Assembly: GCA_023953695.1 (NCBI GenBank) | Contig: JAMLJG010000005.1 | Coordinates: 7,477 to 71,476 of the forward strand | DNA from: Kiritimatiellia bacterium | GTDB taxonomy: Bacteria; Verrucomicrobiota; Kiritimatiellia; CAIVKH01 | Length of the DNA stretch: 64,000 nt | Reading direction: 5' to 3' | Shown here: one piece after another, positions 8,840 through 17,723 of the stretch | Numbering within the stretch: position 1 is the stretch's first letter | How the letters are laid out: every line of letters starts with the position of its first letter | Notes under the pieces: model-generated | Told to the model about the DNA's origin: nothing | What the model saw: only the letters and a program-made list of their open reading frames with translations | Databases searched by the model: none | Program-made: the position numbers and the translations under genes

Positions 8840-9033
8840 CCCGCGCCGATTCGCCGCGCCCCAGCACAGAGTCCCAGCGAGTCACCTGCGCAACCGATAT
8901 CCAGTTGAGCGCGTTCGCGTCGCTATCTCACTCGGTGCAGGCCAAAAGGGCTGATTGTGCTCTATTTGCGACCTGCCTTGTGCTATCATTGCTCGGCAAG
9001 GGCACGAGGCGGGAGCAGCAAGCGAGGTGATGT

Positions 9034-10266
9034 GTGAAGGTATTGCACACGGCGGATTGGCATTTGGGGAAATCCCTGTATCAAAAGCGGCGCTATGAGG
9101 AATTTGAGGGATTCCTGAAGTGGTTGGTGACGACTCTTCGCGACCGGCAGGTGGATGCGTTGTTGGTCGCGGGGGATATTTTTGACACGGGGACGCCGAG
9201 TATCAAGGCGCAGGAGTTGTACTACGAATTTCTGGCGGATGTCGCGCGCGAGACGCCGTGTCGCCACGTGGTGGTGACGGGGGGCAATCACGATTCTCCG
9301 TCGTTTCTGGATGCGCCCAAGCGGGCGTTGCGAGCGCTGAATGTTCATGTGGTGGGGAGTGCGGCGGATAATCCAGAGGATGAAGTGCTGACGCTTCGCG
9401 ATTCGGCGGGTGACGTGGAGCTGATTGTCGGAGCGGTGCCGTATCTGCGCGACCGCGACGTCCGAGCATCGGAGGCGGGCGAGAGCGTTGAGGAGAAGGG
9501 GCGGAAGTTGGTGGAGGGGATTCGCGCACACTATACGGCGGTTGGCGCGGAGGCGGAGCGGCAGCGAGCGGGGCTGCGCGATCGGGTGCCGATTGTGGGT
9601 ATGGGCCATCTTTTCGCGGCGGGGGGACAGATGGGCGAGGGGGTGCGCGATCTGTACGTGGGCGGTCTTGGGCAGGTTTGTGCGGAGGTGTTTCCTTCGT
9701 GTTTCGACTATCTGGCCTTGGGGCATTTGCATGTGCCGCAAAGCGTGGGCGGACGGGAGACCTTCCGCTATAGCGGGTCTCCGATTCCAATGGGGTTCGA
9801 TGAAGCGAAGCGGAAGCAGAGTGTTTGTCTTGTGCATTTTGAGGGGCGGTCGGCGTCTGTCGAGTTGTTGGACGTGCCGCGGTTACAACGATTGGAATCG
9901 GTCAAGGGCGATTGGTCTGCGATTGCGCGGCAGCTCGGAGCGTGGGTTCAGGAAGATGCGAGTTGCTGGGTGGAAGTGGAGTACAGCGGCGCGGAGATCA
10001 TCGGCAATCTGCGCGAGCAGATCGGCCGCGAGGTCGAGGGATCTCGGGTCGAAGTCATTCAGGTGAAGAATCCTCCGGCGATGAGGCGATTCCTGGAGGA
10101 GGCCGAGGGCTACAGTTCGCTGGCAGAGTTGCGGGTTGAGGATGTTTTCGAGCGGTGTCTGGATGCCAACGATATTCCGGCGGCGCAGCGCGATTCGTTG
10201 GTGGCTGTATTTCGCGAGGCGATGCTGGGGTGGGAGCAGCGCAAGTCCGAAGGGGTGGTGAGCTAG
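9034..10266 (+). CDS. sbcD: Exonuclease SbcD
   Basis: HTADWHLG, AGDIFD, GNHDS, ALGHLH and YSGSP metallophosphoesterase motifs; directly upstream of sbcC. Confidence 0.95.
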   Translation: MKVLHTADWHLGKSLYQKRRYEEFEGFLKWLVTTLRDRQVDALLVAGDIFDTGTPSIKAQELYYEFLADVARETPCRHVVVTGGNHDSPSFLDAPKRALRALNVHVVGSAADNPEDEVLTLRDSAGDVELIVGAVPYLRDRDVRASEAGESVEEKGRKLVEGIRAHYTAVGAEAERQRAGLRDRVPIVGMGHLFAAGGQMGEGVRDLYVGGLGQVCAEVFPSCFDYLALGHLHVPQSVGGRETFRYSGSPIPMGFDEAKRKQSVCLVHFEGRSASVELLDVPRLQRLESVKGDWSAIARQLGAWVQEDASCWVEVEYSGAEIIGNLREQIGREVEGSRVEVIQVKNPPAMRRFLEEAEGYSSLAELRVEDVFERCLDANDIPAAQRDSLVAVFREAMLGWEQRKSEGVVS

Positions 10267-10269
10267 GCC

Positions 10270-13200
10270 ATGAAGATTCTGCAGATACGATTTCAGAATC
10301 TGAACTCGCTGACGGGCGAGTGGGCGATTGATTTCACAAACTCGGCGTATGCGGAAGAGGGCCTCTTTGCCATTACGGGGCCGACGGGCGCGGGGAAGAC
10401 CACCATCTTGGATGCGATTTGTTTGGCGCTGTATGGGAAGACCCCTCGGTTGGATCGCATCACCAAGTCCGAGAACGAGGTGATGTCGCGGCAGACGGGC
10501 GAATGTTTTGCCGAGGTGACGTTTGCGACGAATACGGGTCGCTATCGCTGTCGTTGGAGCCAGCGCCGCGCGCGCAAGAAGCTCGATGGCGAGTTGCAGC
10601 AGCCCGAGCGCGAACTGGCGAATGCGGACACGGGCAAAATCTTGGAATCTCAACTCCGCGGCGTCGAGGCGAGGATCGAGGAGATCACGGGGATGGACTT
10701 CGCGCGTTTTACCCGGTCCATGATGTTGGCGCAGGGCGCGTTTGCGGCTTTTCTGAAAGCCAGCGCCGACGAGCGGGCTCCCATTCTGGAACAGATCACG
10801 GGCAGCGAGGTCTATAGCGAGATATCCCAGTTTGTTCACGAGCGCCAACGAGAGGAGCGCGGAAAGCTCGATGCGTTGAAGGCCGAGTTGTCGGGAATCA
10901 CGATTCGCGACGACGAGTGGGAAGCGCAGGTCCGACAGGCGATTGCGGACGAGCAAGGGAAGGAGGACGCGCAGGCACGCGAGTTGAAGGCAACGGAAGG
11001 CGCCATCCAATGGCGACGCGCGATTGCCGAGATGGAGAAGGAGATTGCCTCCTTGACGGGTGAGGCCGCGCGGTTGCAGGAGGAAGGTCGGAACTTCGCG
11101 CCGCTTGCCGAGCAGTTGAAGCGAGCGGAATCAGCCGCCACGCTGGACTCCGTGCACGCGGAGCTCAAGACTCATCGCGAAGCGCAAGAAGATCGAGTGG
11201 GCCGCTTGAGCCAGTTCAAACAAAGTCTTCCCGAGTTGGAGGCGGCGCTCGCAGCTCAGGTGCGCGAAGCGGAGGCTGCGGAGCGGAAAGTGGAGGAGAC
11301 GAAAAGCGCGATTGATGAGGCCGAGCCAATCTGGCGGCGGGTGCGCGAACTCGATCAGAGCATTGCAGCGCATGCGGAGCAGGCGGCGGCCCTTGCTGAG
11401 CAGTGCGCGGGAACCGAAGCGAAGATCAGCGATCAGGAATCCGAGCTGGCACGCTATCGCACTGCCGGTGAGAAGGCGGCTAAAGAACTCGATCTTTGCG
11501 CTCGCTACCTGAAGGAGAACGCGCGGGATGAGGCCCTGTTCAGCGGACTCGCCGGAGTCCGAGAGCAGGTGAAGGCCGATAGCGCCAGGCGCGACGAGCT
11601 TGCAGAAAATGAGGACGAGCTCAAGGCTGCAAGGCGCGCTTTGGTCAAGGCAGACGCGGAGAAGAAGGGAGCAGAAAAGGCGCTGGAGAGTCAGCGCAAG
11701 GCGATGGAGGCGCAAGAGGAGGCGCTTGCAGAGCAGCAGAAGAAGTTGAGTGCGATCTTGAAGCGACGCACGCTGCGAGACTATCGCGCGGAGAAGGATG
11801 CGCTGCAGCGTGAACGCGTGCTGCACACTAAGATTGCCGAGTTGGAGGCAGAGCGCGCGCACTTGGAAGATGGCAAGCCCTGTCCGCTCTGCGGCGCGAC
11901 GGAGCATCCCTATGCGCAGGGAAGCACTCCCGCTGTTAGCGAGGTGGATACGAAAATTGATGTGTTGGAGAGACAGATTCGGGCCGCCGAGAAGATGGAA
12001 GAGCAGGTCAAACGGAGCGAGCGAGCGGTTGCAGAGCAGAAGGAGAAGTTCTCGCAGATCAAGGAAGCGGCCGCGCTCGCAGGTCGCGATGTCACGAGCG
12101 GGAGAAAGCAGATCGAGCGGCTTGAAAAAGCTCTCGCGAAGGCGCGCATCGCACGGGAGGGTCAGCGCGCGACGATTGTGAAGAGCTTTGAGCGCTTTGG
12201 TGTCGCGTATGACGATGCAAAAGCCGACGCGGCGCTCAAGTCGCTCGAGGCTCGGTCGAATGCGTGGCAGCAGCACACGCAGCAGCGCACCGAAGTTGAG
12301 AAGCTGTTGGGCGCGATCAGCGGCGAGCTCAAGAAGGTCGCCGCCGTGATTGCGTCGGAGCGCACACGGTTATCGAAAGAGCAAAAGGATCGGGACAACG
12401 CGAACGCGAAACTCGCTGCGATGCGGAGGGAACGCAGCGAGCTCTTCGGCGCGAAGCGTCCGGACGATGAGGAGCGAAAGGTTCGATCCACTCTTCTCGC
12501 GTGTGAGCGGGCTGCGAAAGAGCAGCGCGCGCAGCGCGAGCAACTGCAGAAGCGCGTTGACGAACAGAAAACGCGCAAAGGAGCGCTGGAGGCCGAGATT
12601 GCAAAGCGGGCTCCGGAACTCAACGCGCTTGCCGCGAATTTTTCGGCGAAGTTGAAGAGTCTGCATCTGGAGTCTGAAGAAGAATACGTGCGGCAGCGAC
12701 TTTCGCCGGAGCGCCGACAGGCGCTCAAGAAGCAGGCCGACGACTTGGCGAAGCGCGGGACCCAACTGCAAAGCCGGCAAGCGGATCGCCAACGGCGGTT
12801 GACGGACCAGCTTGCGCGCGCGGTGACGGAAGAATCCCTGGAGGCGTTGGAACCGCGCGCGGAAGAGTTGCAGCGGGCGTTGGGCGTTGTGCGCGAACTG
12901 ATGGGCGGGCTGCGCAGCCAACTGCAGCAGAACGCGGAAGCCAAGGAGCGAATCGGCGCAAAGCAAGCGGGTATAGACGCGAAGCAGCAAGAGTGTTTGC
13001 GGTGGGACAATCTTCACGCGTTGATCGGTTCGGCGGATGGGAAGAAGTTCCGAAACTTTGCGCAAGGGCTGACGTTCCAGGTGATGATTGGCTTCGCGAA
13101 CAAGCAGTTGCAGCGCATGACGGATCGGTATCTGCTCACGCGCAGTCGGGAGAATCCGCTGGATCTGTGCGTGGTGGACAACTATCAGGCGGCGGAAGTG

Positions 13201-13512
13201 CGTTCGACCCAGAATCTATCGGGTGGCGAAAGTTTCATTGTCAGTCTGGCTTTGGCATTGGGCCTTTCGCAGATGGCGAGTCAGAAGGTGAAGGTGGATT
13301 CGCTCTTTCTCGACGAAGGATTTGGGACGCTGGACGAGGAAGCGCTCGAGGCGGCCCTTGAAGCGCTTGCCACCGTGCAGCAGAGCGGAAAATTGATTGG
13401 CGTGATTTCGCACGTGGCGAGCATGAAGGAGCGAATTGGCACGCAGATCGTCGTCACGCCGAAGAGCGGCGGGCGGAGTCAGTTATCCGGACCGGGGTGC
13501 AGCGCGGGTTGA
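10270..13512 (+). CDS. sbcC: Exonuclease SbcC (SMC-like ATPase)
   Basis: Walker A GPTGAGKT, long coiled coil, zinc hook CPLCG, LSGGE, LFLDEGFGTLD. Confidence 0.95.
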   Translation: MKILQIRFQNLNSLTGEWAIDFTNSAYAEEGLFAITGPTGAGKTTILDAICLALYGKTPRLDRITKSENEVMSRQTGECFAEVTFATNTGRYRCRWSQRRARKKLDGELQQPERELANADTGKILESQLRGVEARIEEITGMDFARFTRSMMLAQGAFAAFLKASADERAPILEQITGSEVYSEISQFVHERQREERGKLDALKAELSGITIRDDEWEAQVRQAIADEQGKEDAQARELKATEGAIQWRRAIAEMEKEIASLTGEAARLQEEGRNFAPLAEQLKRAESAATLDSVHAELKTHREAQEDRVGRLSQFKQSLPELEAALAAQVREAEAAERKVEETKSAIDEAEPIWRRVRELDQSIAAHAEQAAALAEQCAGTEAKISDQESELARYRTAGEKAAKELDLCARYLKENARDEALFSGLAGVREQVKADSARRDELAENEDELKAARRALVKADAEKKGAEKALESQRKAMEAQEEALAEQQKKLSAILKRRTLRDYRAEKDALQRERVLHTKIAELEAERAHLEDGKPCPLCGATEHPYAQGSTPAVSEVDTKIDVLERQIRAAEKMEEQVKRSERAVAEQKEKFSQIKEAAALAGRDVTSGRKQIERLEKALAKARIAREGQRATIVKSFERFGVAYDDAKADAALKSLEARSNAWQQHTQQRTEVEKLLGAISGELKKVAAVIASERTRLSKEQKDRDNANAKLAAMRRERSELFGAKRPDDEERKVRSTLLACERAAKEQRAQREQLQKRVDEQKTRKGALEAEIAKRAPELNALAANFSAKLKSLHLESEEEYVRQRLSPERRQALKKQADDLAKRGTQLQSRQADRQRRLTDQLARAVTEESLEALEPRAEELQRALGVVRELMGGLRSQLQQNAEAKERIGAKQAGIDAKQQECLRWDNLHALIGSADGKKFRNFAQGLTFQVMIGFANKQLQRMTDRYLLTRSRENPLDLCVVDNYQAAEVRSTQNLSGGESFIVSLALALGLSQMASQKVKVDSLFLDEGFGTLDEEALEAALEALATVQQSGKLIGVISHVASMKERIGTQIVVTPKSGGRSQLSGPGCSAG

Positions 13513-13558
13513 GGCGCAGTTCGCTATAGCTCGAGCAATCGCTCTCGCGCAGGCGACC

Positions 13559-15187
13559 TCAGTGGCGGAAATGGCGCATGCCGGTGAAGGCCATCGCAAT
13601 GCCGTATTGGTCGCAGGCGGCGACGACTTCTTCATCCTTGCGCGAGCCGCCGGGTTGGACGACATAGCGGAGTCCGGCCTCGGCCGCTTGCTCGATAGTG
13701 TCGGGGAAGGGGAAGAAGGCGTCGGAGATCAACACACATTCGCGGATGGTTTGATCGCGAAACTCTTTGAATGAAACGCCGTAGGTGTTTTGTTTCTCGT
13801 ACAGCGCGGCGAGATTATCTTCGGCGCGCGGAACGGCGAGTTTGCGCAGCGAGTCCACGCGGTTGGGTTGACCCGCGCCCATGCCGAGCAGGGTATAGCG
13901 GTTAGGAGCGTATTCCCGCACGATCGCGATGGCGTTGGACTTGATGTGCTTGCAGACCTTGATCCCGAATTCGGCGAGGGCCTTCTTTTCTTCGGGAAAC
14001 AGCGCGGCTGTGGGCACCATCCATTGAGAGAGCGTTTCGGCGTCGCGGTCCTGCATGAGCAGGCCGCCGTTGACTTGGCGGAGCACGGAGCCGGGGGCCG
14101 GTGGGGCGAGGGGGGAGCGCAGTTTGAGGAGGCGCAGTTGCTTGCTCTTGGCGCGGAGAAACTCAAGGGCATCGGCGTCGTATTCCGGCGCGATGAGTAC
14201 TTCGATGAAGCGATTGGCGGTGAGCTGCGCGGTGGCGAGGTCCACTGTTGCGGTGGTGGCGATGACACTGCCGAATGCGGAAACCGGGTCGCCCGCCCAA
14301 GCGGCCTCGAAGGCTTCCGCGAGTGTGTTGCCGGTGGCGAAGCCGCACGGATTGCCGTGCTTGACGATGGCGACGCCGGGCCGCCCGGCGAGTTCGCGGA
14401 CCGCTTCGAGGGCGGCATCGCCGTCGAGGTAGTTGTTGTAGGACATCTCCTTGCCGTGAAGGATGTCGGCGTGCGCGATGCAGGCTTCGTCTGTCTCGGG
14501 ATAGCGATAGAACGCGGCGTCCTGGTGTGGATTTTCGCCGTAGCGCAGGCGTTCTCCGGAGGCGAACGAGAAGCTGAACGGAGGCGCATCGGATTTGGCG
14601 CTCTGGCTGCTCAAATACGACGCGATCGCGCCGTCATAGCGCGCCTGCTGTGCAAAGACTTTGACCGCGAGCTCGCGGCGCAGTTCCGGCGTCGTATCGC
14701 CGCCGTGTGCGTTCAGCTCGGCCAATACGCGCGCGTAGTCGGCCGGATCGGTGACGACAGTGACCGACGCGTAATTTTTTGCGGCGGAGCGAAGCATGGT
14801 CGGGCCACCGATATCAATGTTCTCGATTGCGTCGTGCAGGGAGATGTCGGGTTTGGCAATGGTGGATTCGAAGGGGTAGAGATTGACCGCCACGAGATCA
14901 ATGTGTTGCAGGCCGTGTTGGGCCATGGTGGCCTCGTGTTCCTTGTTGCCGCGCAGGCAGAGCAGTCCGGCGTGTACGTTGGGATGAAGAGTTTTGACGC
15001 GGCCATCGAGCATTTCGGGGAAGCCGGTGAAGTCGGCGACATCTTTGACGGAAAGACCTGCAGCTTTGAGCGCTTTCGCCGTGCCGCCGGTGGAGAGAAG
15101 TTCGATGCCGAGTTCGGCGAGACCTTTGGCAAACTCTACGAGCCCGGATTTGTCGGAAACACTCAAAAGCGCGCGTTGAATTTTCAT
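13559..15187 (-). CDS. purH: Bifunctional AICAR transformylase/IMP cyclohydrolase
   Basis: [51 protein letters not shown]. Confidence 0.97.
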   Translation of the reverse strand: MKIQRALLSVSDKSGLVEFAKGLAELGIELLSTGGTAKALKAAGLSVKDVADFTGFPEMLDGRVKTLHPNVHAGLLCLRGNKEHEATMAQHGLQHIDLVAVNLYPFESTIAKPDISLHDAIENIDIGGPTMLRSAAKNYASVTVVTDPADYARVLAELNAHGGDTTPELRRELAVKVFAQQARYDGAIASYLSSQSAKSDAPPFSFSFASGERLRYGENPHQDAAFYRYPETDEACIAHADILHGKEMSYNNYLDGDAALEAVRELAGRPGVAIVKHGNPCGFATGNTLAEAFEAAWAGDPVSAFGSVIATTATVDLATAQLTANRFIEVLIAPEYDADALEFLRAKSKQLRLLKLRSPLAPPAPGSVLRQVNGGLLMQDRDAETLSQWMVPTAALFPEEKKALAEFGIKVCKHIKSNAIAIVREYAPNRYTLLGMGAGQPNRVDSLRKLAVPRAEDNLAALYEKQNTYGVSFKEFRDQTIRECVLISDAFFPFPDTIEQAAEAGLRYVVQPGGSRKDEEVVAACDQYGIAMAFTGMRHFRH

Positions 15188-15297
15188 AAGAGGAATCTCT
15201 GGGCTTGGATGTGGGGACTACGGGAACGGAGTACTGGAATAGACGTCATCGCGCCACTCTGAATTCGAGTTGGAGATGTGTCGGGGGTCATGGGCGA

Positions 15298-16326
15298 CTA
15301 GACGAGCACGGCTTTGCCCGATCCTTTTTCGACGTGGCCAATGACAACAGGTTTCTCGCCCGCCGAACGGAGGGTTGCGAGGGCGCGGTTGACGTCGGAG
15401 GGGCGGACGGCAATCACGTAGCCGATGCCCATGTTGAAGACGCGATACATTTCGTCCGGGTGAACATTGCCTGCGTCCTGGATGAATTGAAAAATGGGGA
15501 GGGGCGTCCAGGTGGACGTGTCCACCACGGCGTTGGTTTTCTTGGGGAGGATGCGAGGCAGATTATCGGGGAAGCCTCCTCCGGTGATGTGCGCCATTCC
15601 ACGGACCTTGACCTTTTTCATCAGCGCTTGGACGGGCTTGAGATAGCTCCGATGGACCGCGAGGAGGACATCCGCGACGGTTTGGGTGGTTCCGGGGAAC
15701 GTGTCATCGCACTCGAGTTGCGCTTTGCGAAATACCACCGCGCGGGCGAGTGAATAGCCGTTGGTATGCGGTCCGGATGAGGGGAGACCGATGAGCGTGT
15801 CGCCCGGCCTAATGTCTGCGCCGGTGATGAGTTTCTTCTTTTCGACTGCGCCGATGATGGTGCCGACGAGATCGTATTCTCCGTTCGGATAGAGATCGGG
15901 GAGTTCGGCGGTTTCGCCGCCGATGAGCGCACAGTCGTTCTCGCGGCAAGCCTTGCAGAGGCCTTCGATGAGTTGCGCCATGACGGACTGATCAATCTTT
16001 CCGAGGCCGATGTAGTCGAGGAAGAAGAGCGGGCGCGCGCCCTGCACAAGGATATCGTTGACGCAGTGATTGACGATGTCCTGGCCGACCGTGTCGTGGC
16101 GGCCCGCGCGCACGGCAACTTTGAGTTTTGTGCCGACTCCATCCGCGCTGCTGACGAGGAGGTGGTCTTTCCCGGGGGATTTAAAGAGGCCGCCGAATGA
16201 ACCGAAGTCGCCGACGACGCCGGAGGTGTAGGTCTGCGCAATTCGCTTTTTCGCGCGGGCGAGCGCGGTCATTTTCGCGTCAATATCAACGCCGCTGGCT
16301 CCGTATGCGCTGGACTTCTTTTTCAT
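15298..16326 (-). CDS. purM: Phosphoribosylformylglycinamidine cyclo-ligase
   Basis: YGASGVDI, DGVGTK, GGETAE, HTNGYSL, AHITGGG, VFNMGIG. Confidence 0.97.
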   Translation of the reverse strand: MKKKSSAYGASGVDIDAKMTALARAKKRIAQTYTSGVVGDFGSFGGLFKSPGKDHLLVSSADGVGTKLKVAVRAGRHDTVGQDIVNHCVNDILVQGARPLFFLDYIGLGKIDQSVMAQLIEGLCKACRENDCALIGGETAELPDLYPNGEYDLVGTIIGAVEKKKLITGADIRPGDTLIGLPSSGPHTNGYSLARAVVFRKAQLECDDTFPGTTQTVADVLLAVHRSYLKPVQALMKKVKVRGMAHITGGGFPDNLPRILPKKTNAVVDTSTWTPLPIFQFIQDAGNVHPDEMYRVFNMGIGYVIAVRPSDVNRALATLRSAGEKPVVIGHVEKGSGKAVLV

Positions 16327-16335
16327 GGGGTCTCC

Positions 16336-17628
16336 TTAGAGGCCGACGGCTTTGAATGTGCGACTCACATCGCGGAAATGCGTCTTCAGGTCGAACACGC
16401 GGTCGAGGTCGGCGGGGCCGACCTTCTGGGCGATGTCTGGATCTTTCGACAAGAGGTCTTTGAGGTGTTCACCGGTTTCCCACGTGCGCATGGCGTTGCG
16501 CTGCACGACGCGATAGGCCACTTCGCGGCTGACGCCCTTTTCCGTGAGCATGAGGAGAACTTGTTGCGAGTGAATGAGGCCGTGTGTCATTTCGAGGTTC
16601 CGCTTCATGTTCTCGGGGAAGACCGTGAGGGTGCGGACGACGAACTCGAGTTTGCTGAGCATGTAGTCGAGGGCGATGGTGGCATCCGGCAGCGCCACGC
16701 GCTCGGCGGAGGAGTGAGAGATGTCGCGCTCGTGCCAGAGGGGTACGTTTTCGAATCCGGCGAGGGCATAGCCGCGGATTAGGCGGGCGAGTCCGCAGAG
16801 GCGTTCGCCGAGGATGGGGTTGCGTTTGTGCGGCATTGCGGAAGAGCCTTTTTGGTCCTTGCCGAAGTATTCCTCGACCTCGCGCACTTCGGTGCGTTGG
16901 AGGTGGCGGAACTCCGTGGCCCATCGTTCGATGGAGCCAGCGACGAGGGCGAGCGCGGCGAGATATTCCGCGTGGAGGTCGCGTTGGAGGATTTGTGTGG
17001 AGATCGGGGCGACGCGGAGGCCGAGCTTCTTACAGACGTAGGTCTCGACCTTCGGGTCCAGATGCGCGTGGGTGCCGACCGCGCCGGAGAGCTGTCCAAC
17101 GCGAACGGTTTCGCGCGCGGTTTCGAGCCGTGCGAGCGCGCGGCCGAACTCGTCATACATCAGCGCCATTTTCAAGCCGAACGTGATGGGTTCGGCATGA
17201 ATGCCGTGCGAGCGACCGATCATGGGAGTGAGCTTGTGTTTGCGGGCTTGTGCAGCGATGGCCTTGCGGAGGGCCTTGACCCCCGCAATGAGAAGGTCGG
17301 CGGCCTGCACCATCTGGACAGCGAGCGCGGTGTCTATGACATCGGAGCTGGTGAGTCCTTTGTGAATGAACCGGGCGGAGGGGCCGACGTATTCGGCGAC
17401 GTTGGTGAGAAAGGCGATGACATCGTGGTTCACTTCTCGCTCGATTTCATCAATGCGAGCGACGTCGAACCTGGCGCGCTTTTGGATGCGCTTGAGGTCG
17501 TCGGCTGGAATGGCGCCGAGTTGGTGGAGGGCTTCGCAGGCGAGCACTTCGACGCGGAGCCAGATCGCGAATTTGTTTTCGTCAGTCCAAATGCGGCTCA
17601 TTTCGGGCCGCGAGTAGCGTGGAATCAT
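16336..17628 (-). CDS. purB: Adenylosuccinate lyase
   Basis: MIPRYSRPEM, GRSHGIHAEP, GSSAMPHKRNP, WHERDISHSS. Confidence 0.97.
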   Translation of the reverse strand: MIPRYSRPEMSRIWTDENKFAIWLRVEVLACEALHQLGAIPADDLKRIQKRARFDVARIDEIEREVNHDVIAFLTNVAEYVGPSARFIHKGLTSSDVIDTALAVQMVQAADLLIAGVKALRKAIAAQARKHKLTPMIGRSHGIHAEPITFGLKMALMYDEFGRALARLETARETVRVGQLSGAVGTHAHLDPKVETYVCKKLGLRVAPISTQILQRDLHAEYLAALALVAGSIERWATEFRHLQRTEVREVEEYFGKDQKGSSAMPHKRNPILGERLCGLARLIRGYALAGFENVPLWHERDISHSSAERVALPDATIALDYMLSKLEFVVRTLTVFPENMKRNLEMTHGLIHSQQVLLMLTEKGVSREVAYRVVQRNAMRTWETGEHLKDLLSKDPDIAQKVGPADLDRVFDLKTHFRDVSRTFKAVGL

Positions 17629-17723
17629 GGTGTCGGAACCCTCTCAAAAATTGATTGGTAGCAAAGGTTTTCCGGAACGGAAACCAGAAAGCGGGCCGAG
17701 CGCCGAAAAAATGCCTTTACGGG